NCBI GenBank assembly: GCA_963666285.1
Contig: OY762711.1
Strand: one strand, 5' to 3'
Source of the DNA: Sedimentisphaerales bacterium
Lineage (GTDB): Bacteria; Planctomycetota; Phycisphaerae; Sedimentisphaerales; SM23-30
Length of the DNA: 64,000 nt
Both the position numbers and the translations under genes were made by a program. The first letter of the stretch is position 1. Each line of letters begins with the position of its first letter. The notes beneath the pieces were generated by a model. It did no database searches, was not told the DNA's origin, and saw only the letters and a list, made by a program, of their open reading frames with translations. Shown here piece by piece: positions 49,789-59,132 of this stretch.

Positions 49789-51004
49789 CTGTTGGCTCTT
49801 TCACCTGTTCAATACCAGAACTTTCAATTGTGCCATCTTCGCTAATTCTGGTCATATTGGTTTGCATGTAATAACTGTCACCGCCGGGGATTGGGTTTCG
49901 GTTTTCTAATATCCTTATTTCATTGCGAGACAATGTACCCCGGTAAAATTCCTTTGTGTATGCGTCCTGTCTGGTTTTGATATCACCTCTTAATAAGCCT
50001 TCCATAAGCATTTCACAGAAGTAATTATCACCATCTAATACAGTTTTCTTTATACGGCCTTCAAAGCTTTTGACCTGCGGTAAAATAGTATCTGTCGCAA
50101 ATTCCAGACTCTGATGTTCGATATTGGTAAAGGTTGATCTAAGTAAATGTGCTATCTTATGCGGCGGCATACGATACCAGCGGCATACTTCCTCTATCTG
50201 GTGCTGGCGGGTCTGTAAAAACTGTGACTCTTCCGGGGTATTTGACATTGAAGAATATTTAATACCTTCCTCGGTAACTAATACGCCTTCTTCTGCCATA
50301 CGCTTTACTGACTTGACAAGCCTGTTTTGTGCGCCTTCTGATAAAGTATTAGGATGTTCTAATACAGCATTCGGCCTTGCTCCCTTTTGAAAGAACTTAG
50401 CACCAAACAACTCGGTAGCCCTTGCCAGCCCGATAGTATCGCTGCCCGCTTCAATTGGTGATATGCCATCATAACCATTCAAAGTCAAGCCCGGCAGATA
50501 CAGCATTTCATCTTGTAGATATATGCGGTTCTCGCCGTTCCTTGTGACTTTATACCGTAATGTATCATCGGCCATTAACTGGTTCTGTACCTGGGTCGGA
50601 TGTATCGGTAAACCAAACTCTATTATATTGCCAAAGTAATCACGCTTAATCGGACTGTATGCACGCCCGTAAAGGTTCTTATGTGTTAATAGCGTCATAC
50701 GCCATTCAAAACTTGTCTGTATCTTATTAGGCGATTCTTTAAGCAGATAATACAAATAATGGTTCTCGGCCCGCTGCTTGCCGCCGTCCGACTGTTTCTG
50801 ATATGTCAAAAACGGTAACAATGCTATTGTTTCACATATAACTTTGTTACAGGCCCATATCGCACTTACCCTTAATGCGTTCTCAGGTGTAACCGGAACG
50901 CCAGCCGCCGACAAAGCAGGTACGGCAGAATACCAGAAGTCATCATAAGGACTTTTTTTAGGCTTTTCGCTTGCCTTAAATTTATTAAACAGACTTCTCA
51001 GCAT
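49772..51004 (-). CDS. HK97-family portal protein
   Basis: AL..SA.WAC..VI.ETIA.LP, GISPI, FF..GARP..VL, QFLQTR, R.PPHKI, NIEHQ, NEIR.LEN.NPI.GGD. Confidence 0.95.
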   Translation of the reverse strand: MLRSLFNKFKASEKPKKSPYDDFWYSAVPALSAAGVPVTPENALRVSAIWACNKVICETIALLPFLTYQKQSDGGKQRAENHYLYYLLKESPNKIQTSFEWRMTLLTHKNLYGRAYSPIKRDYFGNIIEFGLPIHPTQVQNQLMADDTLRYKVTRNGENRIYLQDEMLYLPGLTLNGYDGISPIEAGSDTIGLARATELFGAKFFQKGARPNAVLEHPNTLSEGAQNRLVKSVKRMAEEGVLVTEEGIKYSSMSNTPEESQFLQTRQHQIEEVCRWYRMPPHKIAHLLRSTFTNIEHQSLEFATDTILPQVKSFEGRIKKTVLDGDNYFCEMLMEGLLRGDIKTRQDAYTKEFYRGTLSRNEIRILENRNPIPGGDSYYMQTNMTRISEDGTIESSGIEQVKEPTDEEQE

Positions 51005-51665
51005 ATACGTTACTTGTTGGCCTTAGCTTTTTATAGTGCTTGTAATTAGCAAGCTGTAAATATTCGGTATTAACTTTATGGTCACGCATGGCAGTTACTA
51101 TACTGCACTGGTCACGCTTACAAACCTTTATCATCTCAGCCCATGTTTTAAGGGCTTCGCACATCTTTTCTGTACACTTATAAATTACAATCGAAGTATC
51201 AAACAAACCAGATTTTTCGGGCAGGTTTGTAGTAAGGTTTGTAGTAGTTATGGCATCTAAAGCCTCGTTACTATCCCTTTTATATTTGCGGTTGCGGGCT
51301 ATTTCGTGATAGGTACAATCTGTTATTCTATGCCTTAACGCTGCAAATTCTGTTTCCGGCTGTAACTGACAGACAAGAGCGTCCAGGTCTGAATCAACGA
51401 TATACTTTTCAGTATCAATAAACACACACCAGTCATATTTTGGATATATTATTGGAAACATGGCCTTAATGATCTTTGATTCATGTTCGCCGCTATAGCC
51501 TGGGAAACGCATTAAAAGCGATTCCCATATATCAGAGCTGTTATGTGATAAATCATCGGTTACAAACAAATAGTCCCACCCCTCAGTAATATAACCAGGG
51601 GCAATAATTCTCGGTGTCCCAGGCCCATACCAGCGGATTACAACTGCTTTATTATTCTCTTCCAT
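50985..51665 (-). CDS. DUF616 (TOD1/MUCI70-like) putative glycosyltransferase; start probably ATG 51665
   Basis: WDYLFVTD, K....P....YD..VFID, H....C.Y.E, P...GL, W.......RDQ.S. Confidence 0.7.
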   Translation of the reverse strand: MEENNKAVVIRWYGPGTPRIIAPGYITEGWDYLFVTDDLSHNSSDIWESLLMRFPGYSGEHESKIIKAMFPIIYPKYDWCVFIDTEKYIVDSDLDALVCQLQPETEFAALRHRITDCTYHEIARNRKYKRDSNEALDAITTTNLTTNLPEKSGLFDTSIVIYKCTEKMCEALKTWAEMIKVCKRDQCSIVTAMRDHKVNTEYLQLANYKHYKKLRPTSNVYAEKSV

Positions 51666-51748
51666 ATACACCTCGTGTATTTAAACATTTAATCGCTTGA
51701 TAAAATAACAATATTGAAACCCTATATATCACGCTCAACAGGCTAATA

Positions 51749-54700
51749 TCAATTGCCAAGACCATATATTACCACTCCATGCAGTTTATGCTTTTTACTT
51801 GGCTCAAGCCTGGCTATTTCCCTGTAACCTGTGCCGACAAGGTATTTACTAATAAAATCCTGTTCCTGCTTTCTGAATATATCGTGACAGGCAATGTATT
51901 TACTCTTTGAATTAACGGCAGTAATAAATGATTCTTCCCTTGCTTCCGGCGGGTCTGGCCCATCGATAATAACAAAGTCATGTGCAGACATACTAAAAGC
52001 CTTACCATCATATAATTCAATACAATCCCGGTCTAATAGCAGCCTGATTTTATCATGCCAATACTGACTTGTTTCATAGCTGGTAATATCAAAGCCAAGT
52101 GAAGCAAAGGAAAGAGTAGAAGCACCACAGCCAAATTCTACTATTTTGCTGATACTATGTTCCTTCAGGAAATCAACAACAAAATTAAATTCCTTTGTCC
52201 GCATTGCTCCTTTATCATCCAAATGCACATAAAAGGCATTTTTACCATGCAGCCGCTTTTCTTCTGCCTTGTACAGAAACGCCGTAAATTCGCTGTTATA
52301 GTCTTTATCAAAATGCGGCTGCCAAATACCATTATCAACCAAATTCGCCCGCTGTTCGACATTCTCGTAAGCATAATCCGCTAACTGCTTGTTCTTACCC
52401 GTCATTGACAAATGGAAACCATCACCGCCGCCACGCCAGACATAGCCCGGCAAAAATGGATAACTGATACGCTGTTCATGCCATGAGCTTAAACGAACCC
52501 GGCCATCGTAACAGTTATCAGGAAGGCCCTTAACCGGCTTATTAAACTTAGCCGCCAGCATATCGCGGCTCACAGTCTCAAATACCGCACAAGTCCAGCC
52601 GGAACCGTTCTTGATAAAGGCATAGTCATTATTACACATTACAACCTTGCGTTCATGTGAAGACTGCAAAGGCCGTTTATTGGTTTTCTTATGATAACCT
52701 TGCTTATTCCAGTAATTGACCTGCATTAAGGTTAATATGTGATTTTCCAGCATAATATCGTCATCATCACAAATCATCCAATACGGCGTATTAACCAGGC
52801 TGATAGCGCGTTCGTGCTTTTTAGCAAGAGTATCAAAGTTATGACCGGGCATTTCCACAACCTCTATATTGCTGTACCGCTGCTGAAATACTATCGGGTC
52901 TTTATGGGTATTAAGAAGTAATAATCTTGCCTTTGGATAGCTCTGGCGTAAAAACGATTCTATCATTTCTTCGGTACGGTGTTTATGTGCGCCATACGTG
53001 CAGCAAACTACAGTAACTTCAGGATATTCACCTAAAGTATAATCAAGTGTGACAGGCTGCGGGCTGGCCTCGGCTCTGGCCCTTGTAATCCGATCCAGTT
53101 TGTTTTCATGGGCGTTTTTGCCGGACTTGCTTTCATGTATTACATGGTTGCGACACCATGTATAAGTAACCGGCAAATCAAGTTCCAGCGGCGCTAAAGC
53201 TTCCATAATGCGTTTATCGAAGCCCTGCAAATCTGAACCGATATCAACTTTACGCATATCGTCGGTACGATAGACACCATTCCACCACATAAGCTTTTTA
53301 AGCTGCTTTACCGGCCCGGTCATATTTCCAGGCTTGATATTACTGCAATCCATTTCCTCAAAGTTCAGATTGATAACATTCTTGAACTTATTGGCCTTTA
53401 AAGCTTGTGCCATCTGTTGAACATGGTTAATACTTACCCGGTCATCATCGTCAAGAATAGATACATGCGAAGTCGTAACATGCTTTAAGGCTTGCTTAAA
53501 CTCGGTTATATGGTCAGACGGTGCAATATTGACAACCTCAATACAAGGATGATAGCCGTTAATCCATAGCGGTTTAGGATTGCTGTTAACAATAAGAAGC
53601 TTTTTATTCTCATAGTTATTATTCAAAAAGGAATTAACCGCTATTTCTAGCGAAGTTCTATCCCTTTGGAATGTATTCATAATGTAGGTAATAGCGGGAT
53701 TGTTAAAGTTATCTATCATATCATTATAATCTTTCTGCCAACCTGGTTTAATTGACTCTAATATGTTGTCCCTGACCTTTTCTATCGAGTTTTTATAATA
53801 GCCCGGCTTACTGTGCTCATTCCTGATATGAAAACCCACGCCGAGCCGGTGCAATACGGTCGGTTTTTCATTGTGGTATTTAGTCCAGTTCCATTCACTG
53901 TTTTTAATGAAATGTAAGTCGCTGCCGGTGTCTTTCTGTTTACTGGCTAGAAAGTCATTGAATACCTCATCAATAAAGTCATTATCAACCTTTTCATACA
54001 GACAACACCACCAGCCACGCTCCCGGCATTTAGGCCAGTTATTTTTAACCTGCTCCCAGGCAATATCATTTATCACATAGCCGGGACTTTCCAGACCTTC
54101 ACTTTTAGCCCTGTAATATAGCTTGACAAGGCTGCTTATATGGTCAGAACTAAATACATCATCTGAATCCATAATGCACCATAGCGGCGTTTTAACCTGC
54201 TTTAAGGCATAGGCTATCTGCTGCGGGAAACGGTTAAACGGCTCATGGTTGATTACTGTGATATTATCATAATCCTTGTCAAGTTTGTATGTGGGATTGG
54301 TTGCCACGATAACAAGCTGCTTGTTTTCGTAATCCTGCCGTAAAAAGCTTTCTATAGCCTCTGCGTCTAAATGTGGGTAAAGACCGTTTGTATTCATTAT
54401 CGCCGTTACAGCTGGCTTGTCGCCGCTTACAACAGAAACAGGCGGCAACGAGACAATTAAAGGCCGTTTATGCTCATGCTTTACCTTTTTAGGCAATAGA
54501 TACCCAAGCTCGGTTTCAAAAAAGTCAAATCCCCGGCACTGGTTCTCACCTGTACCATCAAACCACTTGAATAAATCCTGCCTGCCCTTTGATACTCCCG
54601 GTGTCTTATAGCCTGTACTGCCGTTTTTCCACATGTGAGCGAATGGAGCCTCACCGCACAATATAACCTTACCGCCTATACTCTCGCCGTATGGATCGGA

Positions 54701-55324
54701 CAGCCAGACCTTAGAAGCCCATTCAACCCCGAAATTACCCCACCGGGCAGGCTGTTTTTTACAACAGCCATTAAAAGCATCATAAAACTGCTTTTCCAGA
54801 AACCAGCCCATGCCGTTACCGGTAATGGTATATTCATTACGGCCCTGGGTTTTAATGCCGCTCCACTGGTCCTTATAGCGAACATCGATATACTTATGCC
54901 CTTGCCGACGGCCTTTACACTTATAATCAGGTAATATCAGGTTATCCAAATCAGGAATAACCATAGTACGCTTATCGATACATAGCTGCTTATATATAGT
55001 ATCCCAACCGAAAACATCAGTTTTACAGTGTGAATCTATATGAAAAACATACTTGCCTTTAGCATAAGAAACAGCCTTGTCAGTTGCGGGCCTTCTGCCG
55101 ACATTATCTTTCAGGGTGATAATAGTAGTCTTTGCACCTGCTATATCAATCGGCTCATCATTTGGCCCATCAAGTAAAACAATAAACTCTATCGGGCCTT
55201 CTGACATACGCTGCATATTATTTAAGGTCTTACCAAGCAACTTTTCATTGCGTGCAACCATAATAACACTGACAAGCTCATCAAGTACCTCATCCTTATT
55301 CTTTTTTATAATTTCCGGTAACAT
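51749..55324 (-). CDS. Multidomain glycosyltransferase: ppGalNAc-T-like GT-A domain, three GT2 domains, C-terminal SAM methyltransferase
   Basis: aa17-235 SVIMVARNE, DSH, WGNFGVE, AHMWK; GT2 units starting at about aa304, 543 and 768 (SFL.Q.Y...L.I, DSDD/DDDD/DDDD, H); aa1063 EFGCGAST, DFVIIDG, HD. Confidence 0.85.
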   Translation of the reverse strand: MLPEIIKKNKDEVLDELVSVIMVARNEKLLGKTLNNMQRMSEGPIEFIVLLDGPNDEPIDIAGAKTTIITLKDNVGRRPATDKAVSYAKGKYVFHIDSHCKTDVFGWDTIYKQLCIDKRTMVIPDLDNLILPDYKCKGRRQGHKYIDVRYKDQWSGIKTQGRNEYTITGNGMGWFLEKQFYDAFNGCCKKQPARWGNFGVEWASKVWLSDPYGESIGGKVILCGEAPFAHMWKNGSTGYKTPGVSKGRQDLFKWFDGTGENQCRGFDFFETELGYLLPKKVKHEHKRPLIVSLPPVSVVSGDKPAVTAIMNTNGLYPHLDAEAIESFLRQDYENKQLVIVATNPTYKLDKDYDNITVINHEPFNRFPQQIAYALKQVKTPLWCIMDSDDVFSSDHISSLVKLYYRAKSEGLESPGYVINDIAWEQVKNNWPKCRERGWWCCLYEKVDNDFIDEVFNDFLASKQKDTGSDLHFIKNSEWNWTKYHNEKPTVLHRLGVGFHIRNEHSKPGYYKNSIEKVRDNILESIKPGWQKDYNDMIDNFNNPAITYIMNTFQRDRTSLEIAVNSFLNNNYENKKLLIVNSNPKPLWINGYHPCIEVVNIAPSDHITEFKQALKHVTTSHVSILDDDDRVSINHVQQMAQALKANKFKNVINLNFEEMDCSNIKPGNMTGPVKQLKKLMWWNGVYRTDDMRKVDIGSDLQGFDKRIMEALAPLELDLPVTYTWCRNHVIHESKSGKNAHENKLDRITRARAEASPQPVTLDYTLGEYPEVTVVCCTYGAHKHRTEEMIESFLRQSYPKARLLLLNTHKDPIVFQQRYSNIEVVEMPGHNFDTLAKKHERAISLVNTPYWMICDDDDIMLENHILTLMQVNYWNKQGYHKKTNKRPLQSSHERKVVMCNNDYAFIKNGSGWTCAVFETVSRDMLAAKFNKPVKGLPDNCYDGRVRLSSWHEQRISYPFLPGYVWRGGGDGFHLSMTGKNKQLADYAYENVEQRANLVDNGIWQPHFDKDYNSEFTAFLYKAEEKRLHGKNAFYVHLDDKGAMRTKEFNFVVDFLKEHSISKIVEFGCGASTLSFASLGFDITSYETSQYWHDKIRLLLDRDCIELYDGKAFSMSAHDFVIIDGPDPPEAREESFITAVNSKSKYIACHDIFRKQEQDFISKYLVGTGYREIARLEPSKKHKLHGVVIYGLGN

Positions 55325-56934
55325 TAGAATGTAAAAGGGTCTCTTTCCTCATAAACAGATTCTTGGGTTTCGTGGTTCTCGGTAATTAACCGGCCTAAAG
55401 CCATTAGCCCGGCAACAATAATATCGATACGCTTAAAGTTCTTAGGCTTGACAGGCTTGATATTCTCGTTTTCATCCTGCTTGACCGTTACATTAGAAAC
55501 GCACCAGTTTAATACAGGATGGTCATCATGGGCGATCTTACCAGCCAGTAATAAAGCCTCTAACGCTTTACATGGCGGGGATATATTCTTTATACCCTGA
55601 CCATAAGGCGTACATTCGATACCTTTATCCTGTAAGTTTAATATCATCTGAGTAGCGTTATATGGGTCATAAGCGATTTCAGAAAAGTTATATACCTGGT
55701 GCATTTTCAATATATGATTCTGGATTACGCTATAATCAACAACATTACCATCTGTAAGAGTGATTTTACCTTGCCGCGCCCAGGTCAGATAAGGAACGCC
55801 GTCTTGATGTTCCCGTCTGGTTGCGTTCTCTTTAGGGATAAAAGGCCAGCTATGCCAGTGCAGATTACCAAGCGAATCGAAACCTAAAGCAGTAAAGGCC
55901 GTTAAATCCGTTGTAGTTGATAAGTCAAGCCCGCCAACCCAAATAATACCGTTATCACTTCTAAGTTCGATATTGCAATCCTGCCACGCCTTAACACTTA
56001 ACCAGCGGCATTCCTGCTCTGTCCACTGGTTCAAGTGTAAACGCCTGAAGGTGTTTTCCTTTGCCGGGATTGCCTTTGCTTTCTGACACTGCTTTTCCAG
56101 ATAGTCACGATTAACCGATATACCTAAATTCGGGTTGCAATATTCCCATACCGCCGGGTCATCCCATCTATCATAATCAGCCTGCTTGATTTCATAGATA
56201 ACAGGCAAAAAGGAACTGTCCTTTATTGCACCGTCACGCACCTTACAGGCATAATCATATTTTTCATAACAGATTGTTTCCTTGTCATATCCGGCAGTAG
56301 TAATATGAATTACTAAAGGCTGCCGACGTGAAGCGGTGGAAGTTTCCAGCGTATCAATTAAATCCCTTGTTTTATGTACATGCAGTTCATCATTGATAAT
56401 CAAATGGGCGTTCTGACCATGCTTGGTATTGGCATCAGCAGAAAGAGCATTATAAATACAGTCACCGCCGTAAAACTCGGCACTCTTATAGGTCTTGTAT
56501 ATCTTGGCCCGCTTGTCAAGCTCTGGATTACGCTGGATCATACCCGCTACATGACGGAAGATTAAAGCGGCCTGGTTCTTTTCCCCGGCACTGGAATAAA
56601 TCTGACCGCCCGGCTCATCCTCATTATAGGCCACATGGTTAATGACACCTGCCATTAGCGGGGTTTTACCGTTCTTACGTGGTATCATTAAAAACGCTTC
56701 GGTATAGCGTCTTGTACCATCAGGACACAGCCAGCCGAACAGATTAGCGATAATAGCCTTTTGCCAATCTTCCAGGACAAAGGCAGGATAGCCCGATACA
56801 CCCTCAATTAAACACAACTCTTCAGCAAAGAAATCGATAGCAAGTTGCGCAATATCAGCGTCAAAGATACAGTCCTCGGCTGTTGCAACCGAATCATAAT
56901 CCGGTATAAGTTGTAAATAATCGGGGTAATCCAT
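55324..56934 (-). CDS. Terminase large subunit
   Basis: LEDWQ, IPRKNGKT (Walker A), INDELH (Walker B), ITTAG, NPNLG, GLDLS.TTDLTA, YDPYNA, RID. Confidence 0.96.
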   Translation of the reverse strand: MDYPDYLQLIPDYDSVATAEDCIFDADIAQLAIDFFAEELCLIEGVSGYPAFVLEDWQKAIIANLFGWLCPDGTRRYTEAFLMIPRKNGKTPLMAGVINHVAYNEDEPGGQIYSSAGEKNQAALIFRHVAGMIQRNPELDKRAKIYKTYKSAEFYGGDCIYNALSADANTKHGQNAHLIINDELHVHKTRDLIDTLETSTASRRQPLVIHITTAGYDKETICYEKYDYACKVRDGAIKDSSFLPVIYEIKQADYDRWDDPAVWEYCNPNLGISVNRDYLEKQCQKAKAIPAKENTFRRLHLNQWTEQECRWLSVKAWQDCNIELRSDNGIIWVGGLDLSTTTDLTAFTALGFDSLGNLHWHSWPFIPKENATRREHQDGVPYLTWARQGKITLTDGNVVDYSVIQNHILKMHQVYNFSEIAYDPYNATQMILNLQDKGIECTPYGQGIKNISPPCKALEALLLAGKIAHDDHPVLNWCVSNVTVKQDENENIKPVKPKNFKRIDIIVAGLMALGRLITENHETQESVYEERDPFTF

Positions 56935-57353
56935 TACGCACGATCTCTAAAGAATTTCTTTTTCTCTACTTCCTTTTTAGGCATTTCAATTGACATATTA
57001 GCCCTTGCCGATGGACTGAACCCGAACTGAGAACCAAGCCTGTCTATCAACTGCGCCGCCTTTGCCATCTTGTCAAGCTGCTTAGGGTCTTTATCGTTCT
57101 TGAATACGTCCCTGAACTTAATGTATGTAGCGCAGTATATAGCCAGTTTATCAGCGTCAGCCTCACCCGCTATATTCATGTTTACAAGTCTCTGTACACA
57201 TCTATCCCAATGGGCCAGAGCGTCACCGTCTAACCAGTCCGGCGGCTCTGGCAGGCCGATTGTCCCAGGCTCATTATGCCTTGTCTTGGCCCGCCAGCTT
57301 CGCCGTTTCTCTAATATTGCCGTTGGTGTTTTTTGTGGCCCTCTTTTACCCAT
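56934..57353 (-). CDS. Terminase small subunit (P27 family)
   Basis: MGKRGP..TPT, P.PPDWL...A...W, FG.SPSAR. Confidence 0.92.
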   Translation of the reverse strand: MGKRGPQKTPTAILEKRRSWRAKTRHNEPGTIGLPEPPDWLDGDALAHWDRCVQRLVNMNIAGEADADKLAIYCATYIKFRDVFKNDKDPKQLDKMAKAAQLIDRLGSQFGFSPSARANMSIEMPKKEVEKKKFFRDRA

Positions 57354-57431
57354 TTTTACATAACCCGTGAAAAAAATATCGTCTGGGGGCGTTTGGTCTT
57401 GCTACTTTTACCCTGTAGAGATTTTTACCGC

Positions 57432-57728
57432 CTACCCCCGGTTTTCTATCCGCTTCTTTGTACTGTTGTGACACTGTAAACATAAGGCTTGCCAGTTGTC
57501 ACTATCCCAAAATAACGCCATATCGCCTTTGTGCGGCTTTATATGATCAACTACATTGGCCGCCGTTATCTTACCTTTTTCTTTACAGAATACACATAAG
57601 GGGTTTTGCTTTAAGAATAAAAGCCTTGCTTTCCTCCACCTTCTATCATATCCCCGCTTTGCCGCTGACGGTCTTTTATCTTTCGGGCGTTTCCTCTTCC
57701 TGCTGTGTGATACTGGTGCTACTGGCAT
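57432..57728 (-). CDS. HNH endonuclease (HK97 gp74-like terminase cofactor)
   Basis: RGYD.RW.KAR..FL..NPLC..C......A.VVDHI.PHKGD..LFWD..NWQ.LC..CHN. Confidence 0.93.
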   Translation of the reverse strand: MPVAPVSHSRKRKRPKDKRPSAAKRGYDRRWRKARLLFLKQNPLCVFCKEKGKITAANVVDHIKPHKGDMALFWDSDNWQALCLQCHNSTKKRIENRG

Positions 57729-58246
57729 TAGTCATTCAGATAGCTATAGAATAATACTAAGCTTCCGGCTCCTGCTGTTCTTTCCGCATATACATAATGT
57801 AAGCCAACTAAGTCCAGGTGAATACAGCCAAGCCTGTTATGGGCCGAGTCTGCACCCTCTATAATCAGCGGTGTATCCGGTAATGACCAGTTATCATTAG
57901 CAATAGTACAGGTATCTATTAACATGCCTGTTACCTTATCACCTGTAACCGGGTCTGCTGTAATAGCAGAAGTACCGACCGTTAATGTTACTGTTGCTAT
58001 ATATTCCGCTAAGGTAGAGCCGTTACGAAATCCCCACAGCTTAACAGTAAAGGTACTATTAGCCGATACACCTGTAGCATAGCCGCAAAGCTTTATTACC
58101 GATTCCAGGTTACTACCGAAAGAACATGTACCGTCCGGCCTCTTATCTAATAGCAAAGCGGTATCTGCTATCGTCTCACTGTCAATAGCACTGGTTGACC
58201 TTAACTTCTGCCATATTGATTTAACATCGCCATTCAGACTATTCAT
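57728..58246 (-). CDS. Hypothetical beta-rich phage protein (possible virion accessory)
   Basis: Tightly coupled ORF in the late operon. Confidence 0.6.
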   Translation of the reverse strand: MNSLNGDVKSIWQKLRSTSAIDSETIADTALLLDKRPDGTCSFGSNLESVIKLCGYATGVSANSTFTVKLWGFRNGSTLAEYIATVTLTVGTSAITADPVTGDKVTGMLIDTCTIANDNWSLPDTPLIIEGADSAHNRLGCIHLDLVGLHYVYAERTAGAGSLVLFYSYLND

Positions 58247-59132
58247 AATAGCGTTTTTCCTTTCTCATCATCCTTGAATTGAATCTGTTACGAAATGATT
58301 TAACTTTGTTCTTCTGGAATGCTCTTAACTTTGGCATACCGGAAAGTACATCCATATACCAGGTATTCACAAAGTCAAAGTTATTAAAGTTGTCCTTATT
58401 GGTAAACTCTTCTGTTGTTAAGCCTGTAGCCACCTGGCTACTACCTAAAACAGCTAAATCAGAATTGTAATAATTATCAGAAGTATAGCCATCTGCTCCA
58501 GGTTCGTAATATTCCATAAACGGATCAAACTGAGAATCACTATAAATTTGTGCATTTAAGATACAACGCCTTACGGTAAATTGGCTAGAACCTATTAAGC
58601 CAGGCTTACCGTTCTCTGTTGCCATTGTACTATAACAGTCCTGAACAATAGACAACTCAGCAAAGCCAACTAAACACGCAACTTCGTATCCGAAAGGTGT
58701 TTCACTGTACCCATCAACAAAACAGCGGGCAATTGTTATTTCACCATAATCATCAGCAGCTATAAAACCTATCAAACATCCTGCATCATTACTTAAATCA
58801 GTGCAGTAAGCATCAGTAAAACCTATTTCCTTTACTAAAGCTCTTCCTGTAAGCTCTTTTATAAAACCGTTTGCCGAACCATTAACCTTAAAGTTATGAA
58901 TAACATAGCCATTACCAAAAAAGTCATGCTGATAGCTTGAAAACCCTGTCCAGCTTGATTCTGCATAGCTTCGACTGTAAGGATCATTAAAAAGAATATC
59001 AGATTGCAGTTCTGCACCGTATGCCTGAAGGCCAGTTAACGGATTACTCAGGCTATCATAGTAATCTCTATAAGCCTGGAGAGTAGCAAAGTTAGCTATC
59101 TGTATGTAACCATCTCTTGTGTTAAATGCCAT
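58239..59132 (-). CDS. GLUG-motif-like beta-helical protein (possible adhesin/virion accessory)
   Basis: F.GNGYVIHN, G.LIG/LVG repeats, CYS, NFDF.NTW.M....PKL. Confidence 0.55.
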   Translation of the reverse strand: MAFNTRDGYIQIANFATLQAYRDYYDSLSNPLTGLQAYGAELQSDILFNDPYSRSYAESSWTGFSSYQHDFFGNGYVIHNFKVNGSANGFIKELTGRALVKEIGFTDAYCTDLSNDAGCLIGFIAADDYGEITIARCFVDGYSETPFGYEVACLVGFAELSIVQDCYSTMATENGKPGLIGSSQFTVRRCILNAQIYSDSQFDPFMEYYEPGADGYTSDNYYNSDLAVLGSSQVATGLTTEEFTNKDNFNNFDFVNTWYMDVLSGMPKLRAFQKNKVKSFRNRFNSRMMRKEKRYYE

